DNA from: an uncultured Verrucomicrobiae bacterium | GTDB taxonomy: Bacteria; Verrucomicrobiota; Verrucomicrobiia; Chthoniobacterales; Chthoniobacteraceae | Direction: 5' to 3' | DNA length: 64,000 nt | Assembly: GCA_963828525.1 (NCBI GenBank) | Contig: CAWHEP010000009.1 | Coordinates: forward strand, 32,001 to 96,000 | In this document: positions 40,230 to 51,368 of the stretch, piece after piece | Layout: every line of letters begins with the position of its first letter | Position numbering within the stretch: the stretch's first letter is position 1 | Program-made: the position numbers and the translations under genes | Notes under the pieces: model-generated | Databases searched by the model: none | Seen by the model: only the letters and a program-made list of their open reading frames with translations | What the model was told of the DNA's origin: nothing

Positions 40230-41621
40230 CTACCGCGCTCCCAACCCAAAAACAACAACCGGAATTGTTTTCAGAAGAATCTTAAAATCAAGCCAGATCG
40301 ACCAATTGTCGATGTATTTGAGGTCCAGCCTGACCCATTCCTGAAAATCCCTGACCTTGTTGCGTCCGCTCACCTGCCAGAGGCAAGTCATGCCGGGCTT
40401 TACACTTAGCCGCCGCCGTTGCGCGGTGTTCTCGAACTTTTCGACCTCATACACAGGAAGAGGGCGCGGACCGACGAGGCTCATGTGTCCTTGCAGGACA
40501 TTGATCAACTGGGGCAACTCGTCGATGCTCGTCATCCGCAACCATCTCCCAAACGATGTGATCCGCGGGTCGTTGCCGATTTTAAATACCGGACCTGACA
40601 TCTCGTTACGCTCCGCGAGCGCCATCCTCCGCATCTCGGCGTCGCTCTGCATGGAGCGCAACTTATACATCACGAACGGCTTGCCGTGACGGCCCGCGCG
40701 GCTTTGACGGAAAATCACAGGGCCAGGCGACGTGAGCTTTATGCCAATCGCGGCGGCGATGAAAAAGGGTGATGAAAGCACGAGGACAATGGCAGCGCCG
40801 ACGCGATCAACGACTCCCTTTACAAAAAGAGCCCACGAAACCGCCGGAGTGGTGCGGAAAACGATCACCGGGTGCGACCCGAGAACGTCGAAGTCGGGGC
40901 GGGCGATGGACGTTTTCACAAAATCCGCGATGAGCCACGCCTCCACCCCTTCGATCTCGCACGCGGCGATCGCCTCCTGGAGGCGATTCAGGTGTCCATG
41001 GCCGCCGGCGAAGATAACGCGGCTGACAGCGTGGCGATGCAGCGCCTCAATCAGAGTCGCGACGGGTTGTGTCTCGATATCGATCTCTCCCACGATGTCC
41101 ATTTCGAGCAGTTGATGCGGGGAAAAACTTTCGCGCAGCCCCTTTATGTCAAGCGGCACGCCAGCGAGAATGACGTTCTCCCGGAATCGACCGTCCCTCG
41201 CTCGCCTTTTCAGCGAGCGCATTGTCACGCGTTCTCGCAAAAGAAGGACGGAAGCGGCAAGCGGGGCAAACAGGAGCATCACAGCGCGGCTGGGCAGATC
41301 CACTCGCAGGAAAAGCACGCAACCCGCCACCAGCAAGCAGAACCAGAACCCAGCCTGGAGCATCTGGGAAAAGGACTTCAGGATGTTCTTGTGGAGGGGA
41401 TGACTGTAGAATCCCTGCATTTCAAGGATGATTGGCCCAAAAGGGATGATAATAAACAGGAGCCAACGAAACTCTGAGAAAGGCTGGATTGGCCTCTCCA
41501 GGTTGAACCATTCTGTGCCTCTATACCGGAGGACGTGCGCAACCCAAAAGGCGAGCACAAGCCCCGCTCCATCCAGAACTTGCTGGAATTGCAGGTTGAA
41601 TTCTTGTTTCCTACCTAACAT
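40230..41621 (-). CDS. polyprenyl-phosphate glycosylphosphotransferase (WcaJ/WbaP-type initiating sugar transferase)
   Basis: N-terminal TM helices; YKLRSM, DPRIT, SIDELPQLINVLQGHMSLVGPRP, KPGMTCLWQVSGR. Confidence 0.92.
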   Translation of the reverse strand: MLGRKQEFNLQFQQVLDGAGLVLAFWVAHVLRYRGTEWFNLERPIQPFSEFRWLLFIIIPFGPIILEMQGFYSHPLHKNILKSFSQMLQAGFWFCLLVAGCVLFLRVDLPSRAVMLLFAPLAASVLLLRERVTMRSLKRRARDGRFRENVILAGVPLDIKGLRESFSPHQLLEMDIVGEIDIETQPVATLIEALHRHAVSRVIFAGGHGHLNRLQEAIAACEIEGVEAWLIADFVKTSIARPDFDVLGSHPVIVFRTTPAVSWALFVKGVVDRVGAAIVLVLSSPFFIAAAIGIKLTSPGPVIFRQSRAGRHGKPFVMYKLRSMQSDAEMRRMALAERNEMSGPVFKIGNDPRITSFGRWLRMTSIDELPQLINVLQGHMSLVGPRPLPVYEVEKFENTAQRRRLSVKPGMTCLWQVSGRNKVRDFQEWVRLDLKYIDNWSIWLDFKILLKTIPVVVFGLGAR

Positions 41622-41662
41622 TCTCGCAGAGGTGGAAGGTGCCGCTTGGAAGATGGAGCTTC

Positions 41663-42358
41663 ATGAAGTTTAGCGCAGCTAATAACGTTTTATCATCTCC
41701 TCCGCTGGTTGTCGGCACAATTCACTCCGAGGGCGCCCTGAAAGTTGCCGCGAAGATAGGCAGGGGGGCTTTGGACTTCCTGGAAGTACGGGTCGACGCG
41801 TTCCAAGCGCCGTTCGATAAACTGGTGTCAGCAGTCTCAAAGCTGAAGATACCGCTGATCGTCACCGTTCGCCACCCCAAAGAGGGATGCGTGTTCCCGC
41901 TTTCCACGGCAGAGCGCTCGCGGCTCTACGCTCAATTCCTTCCACTCGCCACCCTCGTGGATGTCGAGTTGAGATCCCTACAAACGATGGGTCACATCTT
42001 GCAGTCCGCCCGGGAGGCGCAGAAGGGCATCATCCTGTCCTTTCACGATTTCGTGAAGACGCCGCGTATCGCTCAGCTTGATCGATTCGCGCGGGACGCC
42101 TCCGAAGCTGGCGCCGATCTGTTTAAAGTTGCTGCCGTCGTCAAGAAGCCACAGCAACTCTGCAGGCTGCTTGAGTTCACAGCGTCGCGCGAAGCGGGTT
42201 CCTTGAGCGTCATGGGGATGGGGACGTACGGAAAGGTCTCTCGTCTCCTGCTCGCGCAGGCGGGATCAGTCCTCAACTACGGTTACCTGGACCGCCCCCA
42301 GGTGGCAGGCCAATGGGATGCTATAGTCTTGAAGAAGCGTTTGGCGGAACTCGCCTAG
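41663..42358 (+). CDS. aroD: type I 3-dehydroquinate dehydratase
   Basis: EVRVD, TVRHPKEG, DVEL, SFHDF, KVA, GMGTYGKVSR. Confidence 0.88.
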   Translation: MKFSAANNVLSSPPLVVGTIHSEGALKVAAKIGRGALDFLEVRVDAFQAPFDKLVSAVSKLKIPLIVTVRHPKEGCVFPLSTAERSRLYAQFLPLATLVDVELRSLQTMGHILQSAREAQKGIILSFHDFVKTPRIAQLDRFARDASEAGADLFKVAAVVKKPQQLCRLLEFTASREAGSLSVMGMGTYGKVSRLLLAQAGSVLNYGYLDRPQVAGQWDAIVLKKRLAELA

Positions 42359-42735
42359 GCCTGGGGAGTAGTCGCGCCAGGGTTCAAAACACGCATGACA
42401 GCAGAGTATATCTCGCTCGGTCCTAGTCCCTTACTTACGTAGCCATTCGCTCCGGCGTATCTGGCGGCCTGCATCATCTCCTCGTCGTATCCCAATCCTG
42501 TGAATATGATGATTGGCAGCTCGAAATATCGGGATCGAAGAATCGAGATGAGCGATAGCCCATCAATCTTTGGCATCCCTATGTCCAAAATCACCGCATC
42601 GCATTTGTTGCCGTCCAGCCACGCCTCAACTTTGGAACTGTCGGTGAGGGCGGCGCAGCTATGGCCTTTGCTTCGCAAATAGGTGACCAGGAAGCGGTTA
42701 AGGAGACGGTTATCGTCAACGACTAGGAAATTCAT
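42355..42735 (-). CDS. single-domain response regulator (REC)
   Basis: LVVDD, ILDIGMPKIDG, FTG, GANGYVSK; ATG at 42735. Confidence 0.9.
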   Translation of the reverse strand: MNFLVVDDNRLLNRFLVTYLRSKGHSCAALTDSSKVEAWLDGNKCDAVILDIGMPKIDGLSLISILRSRYFELPIIIFTGLGYDEEMMQAARYAGANGYVSKGLGPSEIYSAVMRVLNPGATTPQA

Positions 42736-42808
42736 TCGGTGATCCTTCGGGTTTTGGCATCGGGCAGCATCTCCGAAGAGAGCAGAACGCGTACCATTGT
42801 TCCATCTC

Positions 42809-43615
42809 CTAGAGCCTGCGAGTGTCCGGCATCTCTCTGTTGGCTGCCGCATGCAAAATTGCCCGCGCCCCACGCATGGCTTGTCGCAGATCTGGAGCGG
42901 ATCGCGCTAACATCTTCACCACCCACCCCCCGGTGGCAAGCCTGCTTCGCCCCAGGAAAACTCCATCGCCACTCAGCGAGGACAGCGCGGTCTCCAGTCC
43001 AGTCTCAACCATGAAGCTCGGGCCAATCGCCAGGCAATGCCCAAAATAGGACGCGGGAAATAGTGTATTGAGACCGCATAGGCTCGGTGAATCCATCGCA
43101 ATTTGGCTTCGTTCGTGGAGGACCCGCACTCCCGCGTAGCTGACGTCCATTCCAAGATTGAGCCGGGCGTATCGAAAGACTTCCCCGGAAGCAACACGGC
43201 CCGGAGCCAAAGTTTCGAAATAGAGAACGTGGGCTCCGCTTTCAGCGGAGATCACCGTCTGCTGACTGAATCGCGACCCTGCTTGAGGGATCAGGATTTC
43301 CGGCAAAACTTCCATCCAACCCTCTTTTTCCACCGCAAACCGCTGCGTCAGACTGGCCTCTCCGGTTTCCATGCGGTGAATACGCTGAGCGGAAGAGCTT
43401 GTGAGGAGGAGACTCGCGCCACCGCGCACAGTGACTTGGCAATCCACGCGGTCTCCCGAAAAGAGCCCCGCCGTTGGGTTCACAACGTTCACCACCAGCA
43501 GAGCTTCCCTCCAGGACGGTTTGCTGATGTGCATCGGGGCGCTGAAGGATTGCTCGCGCAGGACGCTCCGGCCTCGATGCCCATGTTCGCAAAGGATTCG
43601 CAGATGTCCCGTCAC
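42809..43615 (-). CDS. ureD: urease accessory protein UreD
   Basis: NPTAGLFSGD, ETLAPGRVASGE; last gene of the ure operon. Confidence 0.88.
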   Translation of the reverse strand: MTGHLRILCEHGHRGRSVLREQSFSAPMHISKPSWREALLVVNVVNPTAGLFSGDRVDCQVTVRGGASLLLTSSSAQRIHRMETGEASLTQRFAVEKEGWMEVLPEILIPQAGSRFSQQTVISAESGAHVLYFETLAPGRVASGEVFRYARLNLGMDVSYAGVRVLHERSQIAMDSPSLCGLNTLFPASYFGHCLAIGPSFMVETGLETALSSLSGDGVFLGRSRLATGGWVVKMLARSAPDLRQAMRGARAILHAAANREMPDTRRL

Positions 43616-43627
43616 CGGACTCGCGCG

Positions 43628-44236
43628 TTAAGGAACGAAAAGCGCATGCGTTCTCAGCCAGGAGAGAATTTCCGCCTTGCCCTTCTCAGACTTGAGATCA
43701 CTGAAAAGGAAAGGCCTTTCCTTCCGCATGATCCGCGCATCCCTTTCCATGACGCCTAGATCCGCGCCGACGTAGGGCGCAAGATCCGTCTTGTTGATGA
43801 GCAGGAGATCGCTGAAGCGGATGGCTGGTCCTCCCTTGCGCGGAATCTTGTCTCCCTGCGCGACATCGATGACGTAGATAAAACAGTCCACGAGCTCTGG
43901 CGAGAACGTGGCTGAGAGATTGTCCCCGCCGCTTTCGATGAGGATCAAATCAAGATCCTGGTGCCGGCGGCAGAGCTCCGCGATTGCCTCCTGGTTCATG
44001 CTCGTGTCATCTCGGATGGCGGTATGGGGGCATCCTCCGGTTTCGACACCCATCACTCTATCCGCCGGAAGCGCTTCGTGACGAACGAGGAATTCCGCGT
44101 CCTCGCGCGTGTAGATATCATTCGTCACCACCCCGAGGGAGAACTCCCCCCGAAGCCATTCACAAAGCTTCAGCGCGAGCAATGTTTTGCCGGAGCCCAC
44201 CGGACCGCCGATGCCGACGCGCGCCGGGCTGCTCAC
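43628..44236 (-). CDS. ureG: urease accessory GTPase UreG
   Basis: [25 protein letters not shown]. Confidence 0.96.
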   Translation of the reverse strand: MSSPARVGIGGPVGSGKTLLALKLCEWLRGEFSLGVVTNDIYTREDAEFLVRHEALPADRVMGVETGGCPHTAIRDDTSMNQEAIAELCRRHQDLDLILIESGGDNLSATFSPELVDCFIYVIDVAQGDKIPRKGGPAIRFSDLLLINKTDLAPYVGADLGVMERDARIMRKERPFLFSDLKSEKGKAEILSWLRTHALFVP

Positions 44237-44931
44237 GAGATGAACATCCTCTCGGGCGCTACTTCATGACGCATGCTGGAAATTTCGAGCAGCGGATTGA
44301 ACCAGCCGGCATCCTCTGGAGTGATTGAAAGGGAAGCTCCCGCCACGGCGTCCGCCCCAGCCAAGGCCTGGCGAAGGACGCGCTGGGAGCCGTCCTGTCC
44401 GATCCTGATAAGTTTTAAAGCAGCGCCGCACATCCCGGCAACGGTCTGGTAAAGAAAGGCGAGAAGCGTCGCTTTGAGCGGCACACCCTCAACGGCCATC
44501 TGCAAGGCAAACACAGGGATATGATGCCCCCTGGCCTTCCCCTGCCTCCGGGCGGCGTCAAAAGAAGACGCGAAATCATGGGAGGAAACATTCTTGAGCG
44601 CGAGCAGCCGCCGCACACCCATTCGCAAACTCGCTTCCCGCAGCTCACGGCAGATTTTGATTGAATCCAGGAGCCGGTCGATCTCGCAAAGGGCGTCCAT
44701 GTCTCGATGCAAGACTGCGGCATGGCAAAACCTCAAGTATGGGAGCTCGAGGTTCTCCAGCGACGGCAGAACCTGGCTCTTCAGAAATCGGAGCAGGGAA
44801 CCCTCATCGCTCACAAACCCCTCCTCGGCGATTTGTTCAAGCCCGCCGGAGTGAGCGTACGCGCCCGTTGGGAAAAGCGGGTCGCACCCCTGCAGGAGAA
44901 ACGGCAACCAATCCGCTTCAGTGGTGGGCAT
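44233..44931 (-). CDS. ureF: urease accessory protein UreF
   Basis: [17 protein letters not shown]-terminal RHE..RMFIS; ATG at 44931. Confidence 0.92.
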   Translation of the reverse strand: MPTTEADWLPFLLQGCDPLFPTGAYAHSGGLEQIAEEGFVSDEGSLLRFLKSQVLPSLENLELPYLRFCHAAVLHRDMDALCEIDRLLDSIKICRELREASLRMGVRRLLALKNVSSHDFASSFDAARRQGKARGHHIPVFALQMAVEGVPLKATLLAFLYQTVAGMCGAALKLIRIGQDGSQRVLRQALAGADAVAGASLSITPEDAGWFNPLLEISSMRHEVAPERMFIS

Positions 44932-45343
44932 GAGCGACAGCGAGCGGAATGAATACCCTGGAGGTTGGCAGGAAGGGAATGCCCTCGCGCGTGAAAAGGT
45001 TTCTGGCAGCAGGGTCATCCACTGTGAACAAAGCGTCTCCGAGAATCTCGATCGGCAGATGGAGATTACCAACCATCCAAGCCACGCTCGCGGCTTCGGC
45101 TGCGTTCCCCAGAGTGACATGGAGAACCGGCTCTGGCAGTTGGAAGACGACGTAGAACCGGTCGTTCTCTTCGAAGAACGCCTCTTCGTTTCGCAAGGGG
45201 GTTTCCAAGTCAAATCCAAACTCCCGCCCGTCTGTGGAACAGGCTCGCCAGCGCCTTTTGGCGAGCGTGCCGCGTTCCACCTGCAAATGAACTTTGCGCA
45301 AGGCCGATGTTGTTCCCGCGACCGGGCGACGGATGATCTCCAT
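44918..45343 (-). CDS. ureE: urease accessory nickel chaperone UreE
   Basis: GNLHLP motif and C-terminal HAHH; ATG at 45343. Confidence 0.88.
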   Translation of the reverse strand: MEIIRRPVAGTTSALRKVHLQVERGTLAKRRWRACSTDGREFGFDLETPLRNEEAFFEENDRFYVVFQLPEPVLHVTLGNAAEAASVAWMVGNLHLPIEILGDALFTVDDPAARNLFTREGIPFLPTSRVFIPLAVAHAHH

Positions 45344-45350
45344 TTGGCGC

Positions 45351-47117
45351 CTAGAAAAGGAAATAGCGCTGCGCCATCGGAAGCACCGATGCCGGTTCAC
45401 ACCGGAGGATGACGCCATCCGCTTTCACGGTGTAGGTCTCGGGATCGACCTGGATGCTCGGCATCGTATCGTTCCAAAGGAGGTCTCTTTTCGTGATCTT
45501 TCTCGTATTCTGCACCGCGACCAGCCGTTTCGAAAGGTTGAGAGATTGGAGCAGTCCGTGTTGCAGGGACGCTCCACTGACGAAGGTAACGGAGGTGGAA
45601 AATTTCGCCCGACCGTGAGCGGCAAACTGGGGACGGTAGAGGGTTGGCTGCGGTGTGGGGATGGAGGCGTTCGGGTCGCCCATGTTCGCGCGAGCGATCA
45701 GTCCGCCCTTCAGGATTAATTCAGGCTTCACCCCGAAAAACGCGGGCTTCCATAGCACCATGTCAGCAAGCTTGCCCACCTCCAACGAACCCACCTCATG
45801 CGCGATGCCGTGCGTGATCGCGGGATTGATGGTGTACTTCGCGATGTAACGCAACGCCCGGAAGTTGTCCGCGGCGGAATGGATCGGAGAGGCGAGCCTG
45901 CCGAATTGCGTCTTCATCTTATGCGCGGTTTGCCATGTGCGGATAACAACTTCCCCCACCCTTCCCATCGCCTGACTGTCACTTGACATCATCGAAAACG
46001 CGCCCATGTCGTGGAGAAGATCCTCGGCGGCGATCGTCTCGGGCCGGATGCGGGATTCCGCAAAAGCGACATCCTCCGGAATTTTGGAGTCAAGGTGGTG
46101 ACAGACCATCAGCATATCAAGATGCTCGTCGATGGTATTGACGGTGAAGGGACGAGTGGGGTTGGTGGAAGAAGGAAGAACATTCGACTCGCCGCAGACC
46201 CGGATAATGTCAGGGGCGTGACCGCCGCCCGCTCCCTCGGAATGGAATGTGTGGATTGCCCGGCCCTTGAACGCGCGGATGGTATCCTCGACAAAACCGG
46301 ATTCGTTCAGCGTATCGGTATGGATGGCAACCTGGACATCCAACTCGTCAGCGACTGTAAGGCAGGTGTCGATGGCTGCGGGATGAGTGCCCCAGTCCTC
46401 ATGCAACTTCAGACCCATCGCGCCGGCCAGCACCTGCTCACGCAGCGGCTCATGAGATGAACAGTTGCCCTTCCCCATAAACCCAAGGTTCATCGGGTAT
46501 TCCTCCGCGGCTTCCAGCATCCGACGCATATTCCAGATGCCCGGTGTGCAGGTGGTCGCGTTGGTGCCGGTCGCGTTGCCAGTGCCGCCCCCCAACATCG
46601 TCGTCACGCCGCTGGAGAGGGCTTCATCGATCTGCTGGGGACAAATGAAATGGATGTGACTGTCTATCCCACCGGCGGTGACAATGCACCCTTCCGCGGC
46701 AATCACTTCGGTAGCGGCGCCGATCGTCATGGAATTCTTCAGACCGGTCACGGGATCCGGCAGCGAAGAGCCGAGGCCACTTTGTATGCCGGGGTTTCCG
46801 CCATGCCCGATACCCGCTATGCGTCCATTTTTAATCCCAATGTCGGCCTTCACCACGCCCAAAACGGCATCAAGGATCAAGGCGTTCGTGAAAATCAGGT
46901 CAAGGCACTCGGCGTCTTTTGCGGTTGGCGACTGCCCCATGCCGTCGCGGATGACCTTGCCTCCGCCAAATTTAACCTCGTTGCCATAGCCACCGCCCTC
47001 AGCAATCAAGTCCCTTTCCACTTCGATGAAAAGTTCTGTGTCCGCCAGGCGCACCTGGTCACCTTTGGTGGGACCGAACATTTCTACGTATTGCCGGCGT
47101 GTAAGTGTGAGTGGCAT
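45351..47117 (-). CDS. ureC: urease subunit alpha
   Basis: [45 protein letters not shown]. Confidence 0.98.
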   Translation of the reverse strand: MPLTLTRRQYVEMFGPTKGDQVRLADTELFIEVERDLIAEGGGYGNEVKFGGGKVIRDGMGQSPTAKDAECLDLIFTNALILDAVLGVVKADIGIKNGRIAGIGHGGNPGIQSGLGSSLPDPVTGLKNSMTIGAATEVIAAEGCIVTAGGIDSHIHFICPQQIDEALSSGVTTMLGGGTGNATGTNATTCTPGIWNMRRMLEAAEEYPMNLGFMGKGNCSSHEPLREQVLAGAMGLKLHEDWGTHPAAIDTCLTVADELDVQVAIHTDTLNESGFVEDTIRAFKGRAIHTFHSEGAGGGHAPDIIRVCGESNVLPSSTNPTRPFTVNTIDEHLDMLMVCHHLDSKIPEDVAFAESRIRPETIAAEDLLHDMGAFSMMSSDSQAMGRVGEVVIRTWQTAHKMKTQFGRLASPIHSAADNFRALRYIAKYTINPAITHGIAHEVGSLEVGKLADMVLWKPAFFGVKPELILKGGLIARANMGDPNASIPTPQPTLYRPQFAAHGRAKFSTSVTFVSGASLQHGLLQSLNLSKRLVAVQNTRKITKRDLLWNDTMPSIQVDPETYTVKADGVILRCEPASVLPMAQRYFLF

Positions 47118-47122
47118 CGAAT

Positions 47123-47449
47123 TTAGGCAGGTGTTTCAGGAAGCGGGCCGTTCACCAGGTTGTTTAGGCCGAACACCTCCCGCTGACCGGCGAGCGCAAC
47201 CAGCTCCACATCGCGCGTGTCCCCAGGTTCAAACCGGGCCGCGGTACCGGAAGGTATGTTGAGGCGGAAACCAAGCGCGGCTCCGCGGTCAAAAACCAGC
47301 GCCGTATTCACCTCGAAGAAGTGGAAATGGCTCCCCACCTGAATTGGACGGTCCCCGGTGTTAGCCACCCGGATATCTTTCACCGTGAGGCCCACGTTTG
47401 CTTCCAGGCGGGCAGGCAACTGCGCTGGGATGATTTCGCCGGGGATCAT
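47123..47449 (-). CDS. ureB: urease subunit beta
   Basis: [25 protein letters not shown]. Confidence 0.97.
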   Translation of the reverse strand: MIPGEIIPAQLPARLEANVGLTVKDIRVANTGDRPIQVGSHFHFFEVNTALVFDRGAALGFRLNIPSGTAARFEPGDTRDVELVALAGQREVFGLNNLVNGPLPETPA

Positions 47450-47796
47450 TTTCTTTTGTGAATTATAAGTTCGTTGCCGTCAGGATCAGCCACTATCGCC
47501 ATTCGGCAGACGGGTGTTTCGAATGCTCCCTGGACGAAGCGAACGGCGGCGCCATTCAGCCTCCGGAGTTCAGCTTCGAAGTCATCCACCTCGAAGGCAA
47601 CAGCGCCCCCATTCCCTGCGTTTGACGCGGGATTCATATCCGTGATGACGAACGTAGCACCTCCTATGTCATACTCGATCCAACGGCCGTCACACGCCTC
47701 GTGATCAACCTTGAGCTGGAGAACGTTTTCGTAAAAACGGCGCGCCCGCGCCAGATCCCTGACGGGGTAAGCCGAAAATGCCAGTGCCGTGATCAT
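47446..47796 (-). CDS. VOC (glyoxalase/bleomycin-resistance) family protein inside the urease operon
   Basis: [27 protein letters not shown]. Confidence 0.85.
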   Translation of the reverse strand: MITALAFSAYPVRDLARARRFYENVLQLKVDHEACDGRWIEYDIGGATFVITDMNPASNAGNGGAVAFEVDDFEAELRRLNGAAVRFVQGAFETPVCRMAIVADPDGNELIIHKRK

Positions 47797-48095
47797 CGAA
47801 TGGGATGGTGAACGGTCACGAGTTTTGTGCCGTCAGGGAAAGTAGCTTCAACCTGCACCTCGTGGATCATATCTGGAATGCCATCCATAACGTCGCTCAC
47901 CTTCAGAATAGTCGTGCCGAGGCTCATCAAATCAGCGACTGATCTTCCATCGCGCGCGCCTTCCATGATCTCATACGTGATGACCGCAACCGCTTCGGGG
48001 TAATTGAGCTTTACACCGCGAGACTGGCGGCGGCGCGCCAGGTCCGCCGCGACCACAACCATGAGTTTTTCCTGCTCTCGCGGTGTCAGGTGCAT
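47793..48095 (-). CDS. ureA: urease subunit gamma
   Basis: [37 protein letters not shown] at 48095. Confidence 0.97.
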   Translation of the reverse strand: MHLTPREQEKLMVVVAADLARRRQSRGVKLNYPEAVAVITYEIMEGARDGRSVADLMSLGTTILKVSDVMDGIPDMIHEVQVEATFPDGTKLVTVHHPIR

Positions 48096-48272
48096 TGAGG
48101 CGTTGCTCTTAACATCAGGCGAAGTTTTTGGGAAGACGTTTTTGAACCATCCAAACGACAACCAGGCACCCGTCAGAGCGGCATTTTCCCAGCGCGTCGC
48201 GCGGCTACGAAAGCATGATTCTTGTAAGTATCACCATCGCGCATAAAATAAGAGCCCAAAGGAAGTCCTCTC

Positions 48273-48902
48273 ATGAAAATAGCAATCATAGGTGGCGGAA
48301 ATGTCGGGAGCGCTCTTGCGTCTGGATGGGCGAAGGCCGGACACGAAATCGCGTTTGGCATACGAGACCCGCATGGCGAGAAGGCGGCTCATCTCCTTGA
48401 AACACGCGCTGGCGCGCGGGTCGAGTCCAATGCCGACGCATGTCGCGACGCGGACGTAGTGGCGCTTTGCACGCCGTGGAGCGGAACGGAGGAGGCGATC
48501 CGCGATTGCGGAAGTCTGGAGGGGAAGATCGTCATAGATGTCACAAACCCCCTGAAGCCTGACATTACCGGGTTGGCATGCGGGTTTGAAACGTCAGGCG
48601 GGGAACAGGTTGCGAATTGGGCGGCAGGCGCCCATGTCTTCAAGGCCATGAACCAGATAGGCGCGGGTCTGATGGATCATCCAAAGTTTAAGACGGACAT
48701 CTGTCCTGTCATGTTTGTGGCGGGCGGCGACGAAGGTAAGATCAAAGTGATGGGGCTTGTTGCTGACCTCGGTTTTGAACCGATTGACCTTGGGGGTTTG
48801 GAATACGCCCGCTTGCTGGAGCCGGTGGCGATGCTCTGGATCCATCTCGCGGTGTTCAAGGGGCTGGGGCCGAGCTTCGCGCTAGGCATGCTGCGACAGT
48901 AG
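48273..48902 (+). CDS. NADPH-dependent F420 reductase-like oxidoreductase (F420_oxidored family)
   Basis: IIGGGNVG, IDVTNPL, SGGEQVA, KAMN, DLGGL..ARLLEP. Confidence 0.85.
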   Translation: MKIAIIGGGNVGSALASGWAKAGHEIAFGIRDPHGEKAAHLLETRAGARVESNADACRDADVVALCTPWSGTEEAIRDCGSLEGKIVIDVTNPLKPDITGLACGFETSGGEQVANWAAGAHVFKAMNQIGAGLMDHPKFKTDICPVMFVAGGDEGKIKVMGLVADLGFEPIDLGGLEYARLLEPVAMLWIHLAVFKGLGPSFALGMLRQ

Positions 48903-48908
48903 GCCGGC

Positions 48909-49457
48909 TCAACCAGACTGCCACCGGTAAGCTCCCGGATCCTCTATCCCAATATGATCCAGAATGCGGGAGACAACCGTATCCGCTGCTTCCTCAATCG
49001 TCTTAGGCCTGCTGTAAAACGAGGGGCACGCGGGCATGATCGTGGCGCCGGCTTCGATCAGCGAAACTACATTCCTCGCATGGATGAGACTCCAAGGCGT
49101 TTCGCGCGGCACCAGGATCAGCTTTCGACGCTCCTTTAAAAAGACATCCGCGGCCCGGAGGATGGCGTTGTCGCTGGTTCCGGCGGCGATCCGCCCGATA
49201 GTACCCATGGAGCACGGAACGATGACCATCGCGTCGAAGCGGGAGGAGCCACTTGCGAAAGGGACATGCATGCTGGAATTGTCGTGCCTGACAATTCCAT
49301 CTGGCACCTGTAGTTCGTCCATTTCCTCGGAGATCACCTGCTTCGCGTGTTTGCTGAGCACGAGATGGACTTCATGCTCCGTGGCATCCAGCCGGCGCAG
49401 CAGACGCTGGAGATAAATGGAACCGCTAGCCCCGCTTGAGGCGACGACAAATTTCAT
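48909..49457 (-). CDS. ubiX: flavin prenyltransferase
   Basis: SGASG, ASGS, PCSMGT, RAADVFLKERRKLILVPRETP, PSFY. Confidence 0.93.
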   Translation of the reverse strand: MKFVVASSGASGSIYLQRLLRRLDATEHEVHLVLSKHAKQVISEEMDELQVPDGIVRHDNSSMHVPFASGSSRFDAMVIVPCSMGTIGRIAAGTSDNAILRAADVFLKERRKLILVPRETPWSLIHARNVVSLIEAGATIMPACPSFYSRPKTIEEAADTVVSRILDHIGIEDPGAYRWQSG

Positions 49458-49561
49458 ACGCGGCATTTGTTCCCCTATAATGCGGCGATCCCCAGAAGCA
49501 AGGGACGCCGAACAGCATTCCCTCGTTGATGGGCGGCAGAAAAGTGCGACGATTCCCTGAA

Positions 49562-50650
49562 ATGCCCGCGCAACCCATATCGGTCCATGCCCCTGGAAGA
49601 ATCGAGCTCCTCGGCAACCATACGGATTATAACGAGGGGTATGTCCTTTCCGCGGCGATTGACCTCGGCGTTACCATCACCGGCGGACGCTCTACGTCTG
49701 GATCGATCGAGATACATTCCCTCAACATGAATGTGTCTGCATCAGGGAGACCGGGTTCGCTGGCGCGGACAAAGACATGGGCTGATTATCCGTTTGGAGT
49801 CTTTGATGGGTTTGCAAAGGAGGGTTTCCCGGTCGCGGCGTTCACCGCTGAAGTCAGCGGGACCCTTCCTGCCGGCGCGGGGCTGTCGAGTTCAGCCGCC
49901 CTGGAAGTCGCGACCGCCACCTTTCTCGCGGCGCTTTACAACCTTGAAATCACGCCTCTTGACCTGGCGAAGCTGTGCCGCAAAGCAGAGAATGAATTCG
50001 TCGGCGTGAACTGCGGGCTGCTGGATCAGGTCTCCTCGGTCTTCGGACAGAAGAATCATGTGATCTTTTTGGATTGCCGGAATGAAACGGTCGAGACACT
50101 GCGTTTCCCGGAAGACATCGCCCTTCTCGTTATCCACTCCGGGGTTTCGCGCGTCCTTGTCGGCGGAGAATACAATGAGCGCCGGGAAAGATGCTTTGAA
50201 GCGGCCCGCCTTCTCGGAGCTGGCGCTTTGCGCGACGTGACGCTCTCCGACCTCGTGGCAGCGCGGTCTTTGCTCCCTTCGGTCACCTACAAACGGGCGC
50301 TTCACGTTGTCGGCGAAAACGAGCGGGTTTTGCGAGGCGTAACCTTCCTCAGAGAAGGTGACATCGCGGGATTTGGAAAGCTGATGTTCGAGTCTCATGA
50401 AAGCTCGCGGTTTAACTTTGAGAACAGTTCTCCGGAATTGGATGACCTCGTGCTGCTTGCAAGCAAGGAGGAAGCAATCATTGGCTCCCGCCTTACGGGA
50501 GGCGGCTTTGGAGGAGCCACTGTTTCGCTCATTAAGAGGGACGCCGCCGCAGCCGCCGCTCGCAACATCAAGGCGCAGTATAAAGAACGCACCGGTTACA
50601 CTTGCAACACCTACGTATGCGAGATCGCCGAAGGCGCTCACCTCCTTTAA
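49562..50650 (+). CDS. galK: galactokinase
   Basis: APGRIELLGNHTDYN, PAGAGLSSSAA, CGLLDQ, GSRLTGGGFGG. Confidence 0.92.
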   Translation: MPAQPISVHAPGRIELLGNHTDYNEGYVLSAAIDLGVTITGGRSTSGSIEIHSLNMNVSASGRPGSLARTKTWADYPFGVFDGFAKEGFPVAAFTAEVSGTLPAGAGLSSSAALEVATATFLAALYNLEITPLDLAKLCRKAENEFVGVNCGLLDQVSSVFGQKNHVIFLDCRNETVETLRFPEDIALLVIHSGVSRVLVGGEYNERRERCFEAARLLGAGALRDVTLSDLVAARSLLPSVTYKRALHVVGENERVLRGVTFLREGDIAGFGKLMFESHESSRFNFENSSPELDDLVLLASKEEAIIGSRLTGGGFGGATVSLIKRDAAAAAARNIKAQYKERTGYTCNTYVCEIAEGAHLL

Positions 50651-50684
50651 TCTCGCCTCAAAAGAAGACATTTAGAGCGACACC

Positions 50685-51368
50685 GTGGCAAGACCTCTCC
50701 TTTCCCGCGTTGCTCTGCGCAACTGCGCGACACTACTCGTCTTCTTGAGTGTTCTCTCAAGCTCGGTCCGCGCCGATCTTGTGTTCGAGAAGAAGGAAAT
50801 CGAGATCAAAGCTGGCTTGTCTGACAAGGAAGCCGTCGCGCGCTTCCATTTCAAAAACACCGGAAGCCACCCGGTGCATATTACTCGCGTCCGGACGACA
50901 TGCGGCTGCACCACGGCCGCGCTGGATAAGCATGATTACGCTCCCGATGAGAAGGGGGAAATTATTGCCACCTTTGACATCGGGGATCGCATAGGCATGC
51001 ATGAAAAAGGCATCATGCTTGATACGGATCAAACAACCGAGTCGGTCATTCTCCTGAATCTAAAGATTGAAATCCCCGACCTTCTGGACGTGACCCCCGG
51101 ACTTGTCTACTGGCAAAAAGGGGAGAAGCCCGTACCCAAGGTCATCCTCGTCAAAGTTTTGAACGGATTTGAAGTAAAGGAGATCAAGGCCGCTTCTTCG
51201 GACCCTTCTGTCGAGACACGGATCGAAAAGGTTTCCACAGACCAATTTAAAGTTTTTGTCAGCCCCAAGGGCGCGCCCGTCCAGACCGCGGACGCCCTCA
51301 TAACAGTCTCGGCCGAATACCCCGCCGGTACCCCCCGCCTTTTCTACGCCAGAGCGAAGGTCCGGTGA
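50685..51368 (+). CDS. secreted DUF1573-domain (Ig-like) protein
   Basis: Signal peptide; FKNTG..VRTTCGCT motif. Confidence 0.8.
   Translation: MARPLLSRVALRNCATLLVFLSVLSSSVRADLVFEKKEIEIKAGLSDKEAVARFHFKNTGSHPVHITRVRTTCGCTTAALDKHDYAPDEKGEIIATFDIGDRIGMHEKGIMLDTDQTTESVILLNLKIEIPDLLDVTPGLVYWQKGEKPVPKVILVKVLNGFEVKEIKAASSDPSVETRIEKVSTDQFKVFVSPKGAPVQTADALITVSAEYPAGTPRLFYARAKVR

Noticed and set aside
44932..45219. Long N-terminal extension of UreF
   Set aside because: It overlaps ureE in another frame; the likely start is ATG at 44931.
48273..49457. F420 or prFMN pathway island
   Set aside because: No F420 biosynthesis or ubiD gene in the window; both families often occur alone.
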